This document shows, in pieces, positions 20,594 through 30,150 of a stretch of 64,000 bases of DNA. Both the position numbers and the translations under genes were made by a program. This DNA comes from Ilyomonas sp. (GTDB lineage Bacteria > Bacteroidota > Bacteroidia > Chitinophagales > Chitinophagaceae), in contig CBDCBH010000002.1 of the NCBI GenBank assembly GCA_965214235.1, positions 838,320-902,319 on the forward strand. Direction: 5' to 3'. The notes beneath the pieces are model-generated. The model did not search any database, was not told the origin of the DNA, and saw only the letters and a list, made by a program, of their open reading frames with translations. Positions within the stretch are counted from its first letter, which is position 1; each line of letters opens with the position of its first letter.

Positions 20594-21820
20594 TTATACA
20601 ACATGTACATGCGGAATAGGAATTACAAATTTGCCATTCCAATCCCTTATATAATGCAGTTGCTTCATTACTTCTTCCTGTAAATTCCAGGGAAAAATTA
20701 CAACATAATCAGGCTTGTTTTCTTTTAATGTACTTTCATTTACTACTTTTATATGACTGCCCGGCAACCATTTGTTTTGCTTATGCGGGTTGGCATCAAC
20801 CACATAATCAACCAAATCGTTTTTAATGCCGCAATAATTCAGTAAGGTGTTGCCTTTTGCAGCAGCACCATAACCCGCCACTTTTTTATTTTCTTTTTTT
20901 TGAGTGATTAGAAATTCAGTAAAATCAAACTTGATTTTTATTGATGCTTTTTGAAACTCATTGTAATAGGCAAGCGTGTTCATGCCTTTGTTTATTTCTT
21001 TATCCAACAGCTTTTGCACACTATTTAAAATAGGTTTTGAAGTATCGTTTTCATGCTTTGCATAAATACGAAGTGAACCGCCATGCACAGGCACTTCTTC
21101 CACGTCAAACATATCCAATCCCTGCGCTTTAAAAATTTGTTTCACTGTATAAAACGACAAATAAGAAAAATGCTCATGATAAATGGTATCAAACTGATTG
21201 TTATCAACCAATTGCATCAGGTGCGGAAACTCCATCGTAATCACGCCGTCATCTTTCAATATCATTTTCATTCCTCTGATAAAATCAACAATGTCGGGAA
21301 CGTGCGCCAGCACATTGTTTCCCAGCAATAAATCGGCTTTGCGGTTGTTTGCAACCAATTGTTTTGCGAGAGAAGTTCCAAAAAATTCGCAGATATTTTC
21401 AATGCCTTTGCTGCGCGAAACTTCAGCCGTGTTGCCTGTTGGCTCGATGCCAAGAACCGGAACGCCTCTTTCTTTAAAATACTGCAATAAATAACCGTCG
21501 TTGGATGCAATTTCAATCACTTGACTGTTCTCATCAAAATGAAAACGAGCCAACATTTTTTCAACATATTGTTTTGCATGTTGCAAAGCCGTTGTTGAAT
21601 ATGAAGAAAAATAAACGTAATCATTATTAAAAATACTGTCGCTCTTTTTGTATTCATCAATTTGCACCAGGAAGCAATTGGGGCAAGTGAACACTTTTAA
21701 TGGATAAAAGCTTTCAGGTTCATTCAATTCTTCTTCGGTTAGAAAAGAGTTGGAAGCGGGCGAGTTGATAAGGTCGATAAAAACATCAGTGAGTTTTGTT
21801 TTACAAAATCGGCAGTTCAT
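20594..21820 (-). CDS. NDP-hexose C-methyltransferase (TylCIII-like; Zn-ribbon + class I MTase + C-methyltransferase C-terminal domain)
   Basis: An N-terminal CxxC...CPNC zinc ribbon, a SAM motif VIEIASNDGYL, and a C-terminal domain typical of sugar C-methyltransferases. Confidence 0.8.
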   Translation of the reverse strand: MNCRFCKTKLTDVFIDLINSPASNSFLTEEELNEPESFYPLKVFTCPNCFLVQIDEYKKSDSIFNNDYVYFSSYSTTALQHAKQYVEKMLARFHFDENSQVIEIASNDGYLLQYFKERGVPVLGIEPTGNTAEVSRSKGIENICEFFGTSLAKQLVANNRKADLLLGNNVLAHVPDIVDFIRGMKMILKDDGVITMEFPHLMQLVDNNQFDTIYHEHFSYLSFYTVKQIFKAQGLDMFDVEEVPVHGGSLRIYAKHENDTSKPILNSVQKLLDKEINKGMNTLAYYNEFQKASIKIKFDFTEFLITQKKENKKVAGYGAAAKGNTLLNYCGIKNDLVDYVVDANPHKQNKWLPGSHIKVVNESTLKENKPDYVVIFPWNLQEEVMKQLHYIRDWNGKFVIPIPHVHVV

Positions 21821-21928
21821 AACGATAAATGGTATTGGTTGTGTTTAGAATGAAAAATGATATTTGGCGAATTAAAAAATATAATTCAATGTCAATATTA
21901 CATCTTTATTTTTATTGAATGTAAGCAA

Positions 21929-23215
21929 CTATAATCTTCCATCTGCAATACCTTTTTCCAGCACCGATTTTACATCAAATAAAACACAGTTTTCAGCACG
22001 AAATTTTTTTATCAAATCGTAAGTAAATTGCTTGTGGGCAACCGCTATTATTATAGCATCATACTGTTCGTGTCCGGCAAGTTGGTTATGGATAGTAATG
22101 CCGTATTCTTCTTTTGCCGTTTCGGGGTTTACCAAAGGATCAAATACATCAACCTGCAAATGCTGTTGCTCTAATTCTTTAATAATATCAATCACTTTTG
22201 TGTTGCGAATGTCGGAGCAGTTTTCTTTAAAAGCAAAGCCTGCTATCAGCACTTTATTGTTTACCGATAGTATTTGTTTTTTCGCCATTAGCTTCATCAC
22301 TTCATTTGCAATGTAAGCGCCCATTCCATCATTTAATTTTCTGCCCGCCAAAATAATTTCGGGCTGAAAGCCAACATCCATAGCCTTTTGCGCAAGGTAG
22401 TACGGATCAACGCCAATGCAATGGCCGCCAACCAAACCCGGCGCAAACGGTAAAAAATTCCATTTTGTAGCAGCGGCTTCCAGCACTTCTGTTGTGTCTA
22501 TATGAAGGTGACGAAATATTTTAGATAGCTCATTCATAAACGCAATGTTGATGTCGCGCTGTGCATTTTCAATCACTTTTGCAGCTTCTGCAACTTTTAT
22601 AGAAGGTGCGATGTAAGTACCTGCTATAATAATGGTTTTGTATAATTGATTAATAGTTTCAGTTGCTTCAGGACTTGAGCCGGAAACCACTTTTATAATG
22701 TTGGTAAGTGTGTGTTTTTTGTCGCCTGGATTGATGCGTTCAGGCGAATAGCCAACATAAAAATCAACATTAAAAATGAGTCCGGAACCTTGCTCTAATA
22801 TTGGTACGCAAACATCTTCCGTAACACCAGGATATACCGTTGATTCATAAATAATGATGTCGTCTTTTTTTATGTACTTGCTTACGGTTTCACTTCCTTT
22901 TTTTAATAAAGAAAGATCGGGATGATGATAGCTATCAACCGGTGTAGGAACGGTAACAATAAAGATGTTTGCCTGTTGCAACGCCTGTTCATCATCGGTT
23001 AAAAACAAACCCGTTGCTTCGTCGTTGTTTGTTTTTATTGATGTTTGCAAGCTCGTTGTTTCCACTTCCGAATTGGCGTCGTAACCGTTTTTTAATTCGT
23101 TAACGCGTTCCTTTTTTATATCAAATCCAACAACCGGATATTGCTTTGCAAACTCAACGGCTAACGGTAAACCAACATAACCAAGGCCAATGATTGCAAG
23201 CTTTTTTGAACTCAT
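21929..23215 (-). CDS. nucleotide-sugar 6-dehydrogenase (TviB/WbpO/UDP-HexNAc dehydrogenase family)
   Basis: Motifs LAIIGLGYVGLPLA and the catalytic GGHCIGVDPYY. ATG at 23215 (MSSKKLA). Confidence 0.88.
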   Translation of the reverse strand: MSSKKLAIIGLGYVGLPLAVEFAKQYPVVGFDIKKERVNELKNGYDANSEVETTSLQTSIKTNNDEATGLFLTDDEQALQQANIFIVTVPTPVDSYHHPDLSLLKKGSETVSKYIKKDDIIIYESTVYPGVTEDVCVPILEQGSGLIFNVDFYVGYSPERINPGDKKHTLTNIIKVVSGSSPEATETINQLYKTIIIAGTYIAPSIKVAEAAKVIENAQRDINIAFMNELSKIFRHLHIDTTEVLEAAATKWNFLPFAPGLVGGHCIGVDPYYLAQKAMDVGFQPEIILAGRKLNDGMGAYIANEVMKLMAKKQILSVNNKVLIAGFAFKENCSDIRNTKVIDIIKELEQQHLQVDVFDPLVNPETAKEEYGITIHNQLAGHEQYDAIIIAVAHKQFTYDLIKKFRAENCVLFDVKSVLEKGIADGRL

Positions 23216-23356
23216 AAAAAATGGTTGTGTAAACATTTGGGAAGTATCAAAAATATTGAGAGCGGATGGTTAAGAAAGAGGAAATTTTATAGTTGCTCGA
23301 TACAATGGTTTTCTTACGTTTGTTTTCTTTGAAAGAAAAAAATCGCAACAAAACAA

Positions 23357-24277
23357 TTACAGCTTAAAATCAAAAAGAGTTGCCGTAAATTCTCCACGCT
23401 CCCGATCATGAAAAATTGCATGAAAATTACCTTTGTAACGAAGCGTTTGAGGAAGAAGAACACCGTTAACTTTTGTTAACTCAACCTGCATGTTTACATC
23501 AAAATCATATACGCCGGCTTTGTAGCTCAACCCATAATTTCTTGCCAGAACTTCCATCGTTTTCGGGTCAAACCACGTAGTCATCTCATCAAGTACAACA
23601 TCGCCGGAAGGTGCATCAGGCTTGGGTTTGATTGAGAATACATAAGCATAGATACCATGATAAAGAATATAGTCTAAACGATAGTCGTATAGCTTATGAG
23701 CACGATCATCATACAAGTCTAACTTGTTGCCTATAAACGGTATTCCGGGAATTTTTTTGCCAGGATTAAAAAACAACATTTTCAATTGCGCTTTGTGTTT
23801 TTCCATGCCGCTTTTATTATCTGTATCAAAGTTCATATCGCCCACAACATTGGTTTCGCCGCACACTTTTCCCTGCGTAAAAAAAAGCGAAGCATACATC
23901 TGCGCCGTCATGTAATTGTAATCGCCTTTGCGGTCATAAAAATCGCCCGTGGTTGTTTTGTTTTCTTCCGACATGATGCGGCAACCATCGTTAACTTGTT
24001 GCCATGTTTTGCTATTGTAAGATGCCTGTGGCTTATTATCCTTATCAAGCATGGTAATATTGTTATAAGCCGAAAAGCCAATTGTGTGCAATGTTTTAAA
24101 AGCCTTATAAAATGTAGTGTCTTTTTGAATACGGCGAAGAATATCGGCATAGTTGCTATCCGAGCGCACAAACACTTCGGGTAAGATATAATATTGATTT
24201 TCTACAACAACAGTTGTGTCCTGGGAGAAAGAAAAAATTGCAGTAAAAACAAACGTAACAACAAAAAAATACCTCAT
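23357..24277 (-). CDS. hypothetical secreted protein
   Basis: It has a signal peptide (MRYFFVVTFVFTAIFSFSQ) and no recognisable motif. Its start overlaps the def stop by 4 nt. Confidence 0.6.
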   Translation of the reverse strand: MRYFFVVTFVFTAIFSFSQDTTVVVENQYYILPEVFVRSDSNYADILRRIQKDTTFYKAFKTLHTIGFSAYNNITMLDKDNKPQASYNSKTWQQVNDGCRIMSEENKTTTGDFYDRKGDYNYMTAQMYASLFFTQGKVCGETNVVGDMNFDTDNKSGMEKHKAQLKMLFFNPGKKIPGIPFIGNKLDLYDDRAHKLYDYRLDYILYHGIYAYVFSIKPKPDAPSGDVVLDEMTTWFDPKTMEVLARNYGLSYKAGVYDFDVNMQVELTKVNGVLLPQTLRYKGNFHAIFHDRERGEFTATLFDFKL

Positions 24278-24852
24278 TTGGCAAACATCATTTTATAATC
24301 TGTTTTTATTTTGCCTTTGCTGATATCGTTTAATTTTCCAAGCAACAGTTTTCTGCGCAAGGGTTTCATATAATCAATAAAAAGTTTGCCTTCTGTATGG
24401 TCGTATTCATGCTGAATTACCCTACCTGTTATACCATTAAAAGTTTCGATGTGCAGCTTAAATTGTTCATCCAAATATTCGAGCGTAACCGTTTCTTTAC
24501 GCGCAACATCTTCACGTATTTTAGGAATGCTTAAACAGCCTTCGTTGTATGTCCAGTCGTTGCCTGTAAACTCTTTTATTTTTGCGTTGATAAATACTTT
24601 TTTTATGCCTGGCTCATCCGGGTATTTACCTTTGTCTTCTTCATCTAAGTTTTCAAAAATGGTAGTGCTGTCAACCACAAACAAACGAAGGTCTTTGTTA
24701 ATTTGCGGAGCCGCCAAACCCACGCCATTACTGGCATACATGGTTTCCCACATGTTGGCGATCAGCTTACCTAAATGCAGATCATCAGGCTTTATGTCAA
24801 CCGTTTTTTTCCTTAAAATAGATGCGCCGTAAGCAACAATAGGTAAAATCAT
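24274..24852 (-). CDS. def: peptide deformylase
   Basis: The three Def motifs are present: GVGLAAPQ, EGCLS and QHEYDH. I prefer the ATG at 24852 (MILPIV) over the TTG at 24867. Confidence 0.93.
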   Translation of the reverse strand: MILPIVAYGASILRKKTVDIKPDDLHLGKLIANMWETMYASNGVGLAAPQINKDLRLFVVDSTTIFENLDEEDKGKYPDEPGIKKVFINAKIKEFTGNDWTYNEGCLSIPKIREDVARKETVTLEYLDEQFKLHIETFNGITGRVIQHEYDHTEGKLFIDYMKPLRRKLLLGKLNDISKGKIKTDYKMMFAK

Positions 24853-25011
24853 TTTTTGTTTTTGCAAACCGCAAATGTAATTTATCGCTTATTATAAAGA
24901 TGTGTTGTAAATATTAAAACTTGAAAGCTTTTATATAAACAGAAAGAAGGGCAAAAAGAAAGGTTTTACAATGTTTTGCTATTCCATCTTTCTGCTTTTT
25001 ATGCAATTCAT

Positions 25012-25431
25012 TTACGAAATATTGTTCAGATAATCCTGTAGCATAATGGTGGCAGCAATGCTGTCGATATTTTCTTTTTTACGCCGATCTTTCTTTTTCA
25101 TACCCATATCAACCATAGCGCGCACAGCCATTTTTGATGTATATCGTTCATCAACAGTTTTGATGGGAATGTTTGTAAATATTTTTTGTAAACGATTGAT
25201 AAATTGCTGAACCATAGGCGTAGCGTGTGTTTGCGAGTCGTCAAGATTGAGTGGTAATCCAATCAAAAACAATTCAACTGCTTCCTGCTTACAATAATCT
25301 TTCAAAAAAGAAATTATGTCTTTCGTGTTAACAGTGGTTAATGCAGATGCGATAATCTTTAGCGGATCAGTAACTGCAACGCCGGTTCGTTTTGCACCAT
25401 AATCAATACACAAAATTCTCATACGCTTCAA
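25012..25431 (-). CDS. ruvX: Holliday junction resolvase-like nuclease RuvX (YqgF)
   Basis: YqgF family sequence: ILCIDYGAKRTGVAV, DERYTS and IDSIAATIMLQ. Confidence 0.9.
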   Translation of the reverse strand: MKRMRILCIDYGAKRTGVAVTDPLKIIASALTTVNTKDIISFLKDYCKQEAVELFLIGLPLNLDDSQTHATPMVQQFINRLQKIFTNIPIKTVDERYTSKMAVRAMVDMGMKKKDRRKKENIDSIAATIMLQDYLNNIS

Positions 25432-25501
25432 ACGTACATTGTTTTATTTCTTATAAAAAATTAACGTTCATCTTTTACACTCCTGTTTGTACGTTTGCAG
25501 C

Positions 25502-26695
25502 ATGAACACAATTGCCGTTAGCCGGCGCGCTCAACTAATGCCGCCATCTCCCATTCGCAAGCTTGTGCCTTATGCAGAGGCTGCAAAAAAACGTGGCATT
25601 CATGTGTATCATTTAAACATTGGTCAGCCGGATATTGAAACGCCAAAACTTATACTGGATGCGGTACGGCATTCCGATTTTAAAATTCTCGAGTACAGCC
25701 ACAGTGCGGGCAACGAAAGTTATCGGCGCAAATTGGTTGAGTATTATAGCCGCAATAACATCATGGTAAATGTGGGTGATATTTTAGTAACTACCGGCGG
25801 CTCGGAAGCGATTTTGTTTGCGTTTATGTGCTGTTTGGACGTGGGCGACGAAATTATAATTCCCGAACCGTTTTATGCAAATTATAATGGCTTTGCGGTG
25901 GAAGCCGGCGTTACCATAGTGCCCGTAACTTCTTATATCGAATCGGGATTTTCGTTGCCGCCAATTGAGGATTTTGAAAGAAAAATTGGTGTAAAAACAA
26001 AAGCTATTTTGATTTGCAATCCAAACAATCCTACAGGTTATTTGTACAGCAGGCAAGAATTACAAACATTAAAAGACATTGCAAAACGACACAACTTATA
26101 CCTTATTTCTGATGAAGCGTACCGGGAGTTTTGTTATGAAGGCGAACATTTTAGCGCCTTGCAGCTGGACGATGCAAATGAAAATGTAAGTGTTGTGGAC
26201 ACAATCAGCAAGCGATATAGTGCTTGTGGCGGCAGAATTGGTGCTTTTATTACCCGAAATACAAAGCTTACCGAAGTAGCTTTAAAATTTGCGCAGGCAA
26301 GGTTAAGTCCACCTTCTATGGCACAAATAATGGGCGAAGCGGCTGTTGATTTACCGGCGAATTATTTTGAAGAAACAAAAGAAGAATACAGACGCAGGAG
26401 GGATATTTTGATAAAAATGTTGAATGAAATACCTGGAGTTTTTTGTCCGAATCCCGGCGGCGCCTTTTATGCAATGGCAAAATTACCCGTTAAAAATGCA
26501 GATATTTTTTGTCAATGGTTATTAGAAAAATTTTCATATCATAATCAAACTGTAATGTTGGCTCCTGCAAGTGGCTTTTATAGCAATTCAGAATTAGGAA
26601 AAAATGAAGTTAGAATTGCTTATGTTATTAATAGTCAGGAAATTGATAAAGCGGTGATGTGTTTACAAGAAGCTTTAAGAGTTTATAAAGAATAA
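25502..26695 (+). CDS. pyridoxal-phosphate-dependent aminotransferase (class I, aspartate/aromatic type)
   Basis: Motifs PSPIRKL, NPNNPTG and SKRYSACGGRIG (the PLP lysine region). Confidence 0.9.
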   Translation: MNTIAVSRRAQLMPPSPIRKLVPYAEAAKKRGIHVYHLNIGQPDIETPKLILDAVRHSDFKILEYSHSAGNESYRRKLVEYYSRNNIMVNVGDILVTTGGSEAILFAFMCCLDVGDEIIIPEPFYANYNGFAVEAGVTIVPVTSYIESGFSLPPIEDFERKIGVKTKAILICNPNNPTGYLYSRQELQTLKDIAKRHNLYLISDEAYREFCYEGEHFSALQLDDANENVSVVDTISKRYSACGGRIGAFITRNTKLTEVALKFAQARLSPPSMAQIMGEAAVDLPANYFEETKEEYRRRRDILIKMLNEIPGVFCPNPGGAFYAMAKLPVKNADIFCQWLLEKFSYHNQTVMLAPASGFYSNSELGKNEVRIAYVINSQEIDKAVMCLQEALRVYKE

Positions 26696-26827
26696 ATTAA
26701 TATTTTGTTTATTTGTTGATTTTATTTTTTGGTTTTATATTTGTCTCAGATAAAATTAAAAATACATAAACTAATATATTTGCAATAAGAATATTTCACC
26801 TCTTTCATATGGCAAGCAATCGAAGAC

Positions 26828-26856
26828 ACCCGTTGTTTCTACAATGGGTTTTTCTT
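26828..26856 (+). terminator. possible terminator hairpin downstream of the aminotransferase gene
   Basis: A 7-bp stem (acccgtt/aatgggt) with an 8-nt loop, followed by a T-rich run. Confidence 0.45.
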
Positions 26857-26904
26857 TTCTATCTTTTTACTTCCCTTTTTCTTTTCTCTATTGTTGTGCA
26901 GCGT

Positions 26905-26912
26905 TATATTTG
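26905..26912 (+). promoter_or_regulatory. Bacteroidota-type -7 promoter box for the tRNA gene
   Basis: tatatttg matches TAnnTTTG and ends 12 nt before the tRNA 5' end. The upstream -33 element is weak. Confidence 0.4.
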
Positions 26913-26923
26913 CACCCCCGTTT

Positions 26924-26997
26924 GGCGAGGTAGCTCAGGTGGTTAGAGCGTTGGATTCATAACCCAAAGGTCTCGGGTTCAACTCCCGATCTCGCTA
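26924..26997 (+). tRNA. tRNA with CAT anticodon (tRNA-Met; a lysidine-modified tRNA-Ile2 cannot be excluded)
   Basis: Manual cloverleaf: acceptor GGCGAGG/TCTCGCT, D arm GCTC-AGGTGGTTA-GAGC, anticodon loop TTCATAA, T arm TCGGG-TTCAACT-CCCGA and discriminator A. No CCA is encoded. Confidence 0.85.
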
Positions 26998-26998
26998 C

Positions 26999-27040
26999 GA
27001 ATAACAAAGCCTCCTGCAAGTGCGGGAGGCTTTGTTATTC
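26999..27040. terminator. bidirectional terminator hairpin between the tRNA and the converging FAH gene
   Basis: A perfect 16-bp stem (gaataacaaagcctcc / ggaggctttgttattc) with a 10-nt loop, starting 2 nt after the tRNA. Confidence 0.8.
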
Positions 27041-27056
27041 GTAAATAATTTACTCT

Positions 27057-27668
27057 TTACTTTATGTGAGTTTCAAACACCATTTCTTCCTTATAGAAGC
27101 CGGTTAAAGTTTCGCCGGCCGTGCATTCGCCAACACCGGCAGGCGTTCCGGTAAACACAACATCGCCAATGTTTAAAGAAAAATACTGCGATATATAATT
27201 GATAATTTTTGCTACCGGAAAAATCATCTCCAAAGAATTACTTTGCTGTACAATCTCACCATCTTTTTTCATCGAAAACGAGATGCCTTCGTTTAATTCA
27301 TCGGTATGTAAAGGTTGCCAGTTTCCAATTACTGCCGAACCATCCCAGGCTTTTGCTATCTCCCAGGGCAACCCTTTTTGTTTTAATTCAGTTTGAATAT
27401 CCCGCGCAGTAAAATCAATACCTACCGTTACTGCATCTACATACTGAAGCGCATTACTTTTTGAAATGTGTCTTCCGTTTTTGCAAATCCTAAACACCAG
27501 TTCGGCTTCGTAATGCAACTCATTGGTAAACTCGGGATATAAAAATAGAGACGAGTTAGAAAGCAGTGCAGACTTGGGTTTCATAAAGATAACCGGATGT
27601 TCGGGAACCTCGTTGTTCAGTTCTTTTGCATGATCAACATAGTTTCTTCCGACACAAAAAATTTTCAT
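27057..27668 (-). CDS. fumarylacetoacetate hydrolase family protein
   Basis: FAH-fold motifs are present: KIFCVGRNY..H, FMKP, YEAELV and GDVVFTGTPAGVG. Confidence 0.85.
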   Translation of the reverse strand: MKIFCVGRNYVDHAKELNNEVPEHPVIFMKPKSALLSNSSLFLYPEFTNELHYEAELVFRICKNGRHISKSNALQYVDAVTVGIDFTARDIQTELKQKGLPWEIAKAWDGSAVIGNWQPLHTDELNEGISFSMKKDGEIVQQSNSLEMIFPVAKIINYISQYFSLNIGDVVFTGTPAGVGECTAGETLTGFYKEEMVFETHIK

Positions 27669-27679
27669 AGCGTTTTCTT

Positions 27680-28267
27680 TTATGCTGTTATTGTAAACTC
27701 GGTTTTATTGTATGTATTCATTGTATTTTCTATGCCTGCAAAAGCAAAACTTTCAATGATATCAGATGAAGCCTCTATCTTCTTCATAACCAAAGGCAGA
27801 TCTTCTTTAAACCATCTCCCCAATACAAATTCTACCTGCATTCCCTTTGGATATTGATTGCCAATGCCGAAACGCAAACGCGGATAACTATCAGTTCCTA
27901 TTGCTTGTTCAATATCCCGCAAGCCGTTATGACCGGCTGCACTGCCGCTTTTTCGAAGTCGTAATTTAGACAAAGGCAAGGCCAGATCATCAGCAATGGT
28001 TAGTGTGTTTTCCAATGCAATTTTTTCTTTGTCTATCCAATATTTAAAAGCCTTTCCGCTTAGGTTCATATAAGTTGTTGGCTTAATACAAAAAAATGTT
28101 TTTCCTTTCAACTTAACTTCCGCCATTTCTGCCAAACGATCTGTTTTAAAAAATCCGCCCTGCTTCAACACAAAATTGTTTATAACATCAAACCCGATGT
28201 TGTGGCGGGTTCCAATGTATTCTGCGCCCACATTACCCAAACCAATAATTAAAAACCTGTTCATCAT
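27680..28267 (-). CDS. pth: peptidyl-tRNA hydrolase
   Basis: Pth motifs: LIIGLGNVGAEY..TRHN.GF, MNLSG and GHNGL. Confidence 0.93.
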   Translation of the reverse strand: MMNRFLIIGLGNVGAEYIGTRHNIGFDVINNFVLKQGGFFKTDRLAEMAEVKLKGKTFFCIKPTTYMNLSGKAFKYWIDKEKIALENTLTIADDLALPLSKLRLRKSGSAAGHNGLRDIEQAIGTDSYPRLRFGIGNQYPKGMQVEFVLGRWFKEDLPLVMKKIEASSDIIESFAFAGIENTMNTYNKTEFTITA

Positions 28268-28288
28268 TATTTACAAACATAATGAAAA

Positions 28289-28314
28289 CAAAGCCCCGCA
28301 ATGGCAGGGCTTTG
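28289..28314 (-). terminator. hairpin between ctc and pth (possible attenuator/terminator)
   Basis: An 8-bp stem (caaagccc/gggctttg) with a 10-nt loop in the 67-bp intergenic gap. Confidence 0.4.
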
Positions 28315-28334
28315 TGATTGATAAAAAGTGATGT

Positions 28335-28925
28335 TTATTTTTTCTTTTCTTCTTTTGTAGCGGCTGTTTCTTCCTGCTTTAATTGTCTTGTAAGAACAAC
28401 AGATGCGATAGGAATGCGGGGTGAGTTTAAAATTTCCAAAGCCGGTTCTTTCACATCTTCCACGCGGATGTTGCCATTCAAATCAAGATTGGTAATATCT
28501 ACTTCGATATTTTCTTTCAAATCTTTTGGAAAGGCTTTTACTTTTAGCGCATTCATCTTGGTAACTAACTTACCACCGGCTTTTACACCTACTGAAACGC
28601 CTGTAAATTTAATAGGAAGGGTAGCAACAATTTTTTTGTCTTCCACCAACTCCAATAAATCAACATGGTTTAACAAATCTGATACTTTGTCAAACTGCAA
28701 ATCTTTTAAAATGCAGGTATAGCTTCCGCCATCCACATCTACCTGTGCTAACTGAAATTCGCCGGTGTAAACCAGTGGCTTAAAAGCCTTTGCCGAAGCA
28801 TAAAAATTTACTTCTTTGGCACCACCGTAAATTACACCTGGCACATTGTCTTGAGAGCGGAGCTGGCGGGTGGCTTTTTTGCCGCTTTCGGTCCTCAAGT
28901 GACCTTCGATTGTAATTGTTTTCAT
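28335..28925 (-). CDS. rplY: 50S ribosomal protein L25 / general stress protein Ctc
   Basis: L25/Ctc family sequence (R...GK...R.LR....VPGVIYGG) with a long form and an acidic/lysine-rich tail. Confidence 0.9.
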   Translation of the reverse strand: MKTITIEGHLRTESGKKATRQLRSQDNVPGVIYGGAKEVNFYASAKAFKPLVYTGEFQLAQVDVDGGSYTCILKDLQFDKVSDLLNHVDLLELVEDKKIVATLPIKFTGVSVGVKAGGKLVTKMNALKVKAFPKDLKENIEVDITNLDLNGNIRVEDVKEPALEILNSPRIPIASVVLTRQLKQEETAATKEEKKK

Positions 28926-28955
28926 AATTATGATTGATTAAAAAATGACTTTTTT

Positions 28956-29029
28956 GTATTAAGTATTAGGTAGTATGTAGTTTGATTAATACAATTTTCG
29001 TATTTAATATTCTACCTAATACTTAATAC
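28956..29029. repeat. palindromic AT-rich intergenic element (REP/MITE-like)
   Basis: A perfect 18-bp inverted repeat, gtattaagtattaggtag (28956-28973) and ctacctaatacttaatac (29012-29029), separated by 38 bp. Related copies are at 14743-14858. Confidence 0.7.
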
Positions 29030-29046
29030 ATACTACTTTATACATT

Positions 29047-30000
29047 TTACCTGATTCCTCTTAACTGCGAATGAATAAACAAGCTGGTAATGCTCTTGTT
29101 TTCATAAGCGTTTCTTATGGCGATTGCAAATAAATCGGCAACAGAAATCACTTTTATTTTACTGCTTTGTTGCTTTAACGGAATGGTATCGCAAACCACC
29201 AATTCTACCAGCAAACTATTGTCTATTGTTTCATAAGCCTTACCACTTAAAATAGGATGCGTACATAACGCTCTTACACTCGTAGCACCTTTCTGAATCA
29301 ATAAATTTGCGGCTTTTGACAGCGTTCCGCCTGTATCGCAAATGTCATCTATTAAAATAATGTCTCTTCCTGCCACATCACCAATTACTACCATGCTGGC
29401 AATTTCATTGGCGCGCTTGCGATGCTTATCACAAATCACCATATCTGCATTAAAGTAAGAGGCAATTTCTCTTACCCGGTTCGTGCTTCCCACGTCGGGG
29501 GCGGCAAAAGTAAGGTTTTCTAACTTTAGTTGTTCAATGTATGGAATGAAGATGGCAGAACTATCCAAATGATCAACCGGAATTTCAAAAAAAGCTTGTA
29601 TTTGCGGCGCATGTAAATCCATCGTAATCACCCTGTCTGCACCAGACGCTTCTACCAAAGTAGCCACCAGTTTAGAACCGATGGCAACGCGGGGCTTATC
29701 CTTCCTGTCTTGACGGGAGAAGCCATAATATGGCATCACTACAATAATTTTATAAGCGCTTGCACGTTTGGCGGCGTCAATCATTAACAGCAACTCCATC
29801 AGGTTATCGGTTGGCGCAAACGTGCTTTGAATAAGAAAAACGTAATCGCCGCGAATACTTTCTAAAAAGATAGGCTGAAACTCTCCGTCGCTAAACTTTT
29901 GAATATTAATTTTACCAAGCGGCGCACCAAAACGTTGCGCAATTTTTTTGGCAAGTTCCTGTGAGCCGGTGCCGGAAAATATTTTTACTGATGGGTTCAT
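29047..30000 (-). CDS. prs: ribose-phosphate pyrophosphokinase
   Basis: The canonical PRPP synthetase sequence and PRPP-binding loop (DDICDTGGTL). Confidence 0.95.
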   Translation of the reverse strand: MNPSVKIFSGTGSQELAKKIAQRFGAPLGKINIQKFSDGEFQPIFLESIRGDYVFLIQSTFAPTDNLMELLLMIDAAKRASAYKIIVVMPYYGFSRQDRKDKPRVAIGSKLVATLVEASGADRVITMDLHAPQIQAFFEIPVDHLDSSAIFIPYIEQLKLENLTFAAPDVGSTNRVREIASYFNADMVICDKHRKRANEIASMVVIGDVAGRDIILIDDICDTGGTLSKAANLLIQKGATSVRALCTHPILSGKAYETIDNSLLVELVVCDTIPLKQQSSKIKVISVADLFAIAIRNAYENKSITSLFIHSQLRGIR

Positions 30001-30150
30001 AAGAAGCAGAAATGAAGCGGCGAAGATAATGTTTGCATAAGAAAACGAATCTGTATTTTAAAGCTGTATATGAGTAATCAACAAAAATTAAACAGCCGAA
30101 ACTCTTTCTATAGAAATCATCTTTTGAATTTTGAATTTTAAGTTTTTAAT

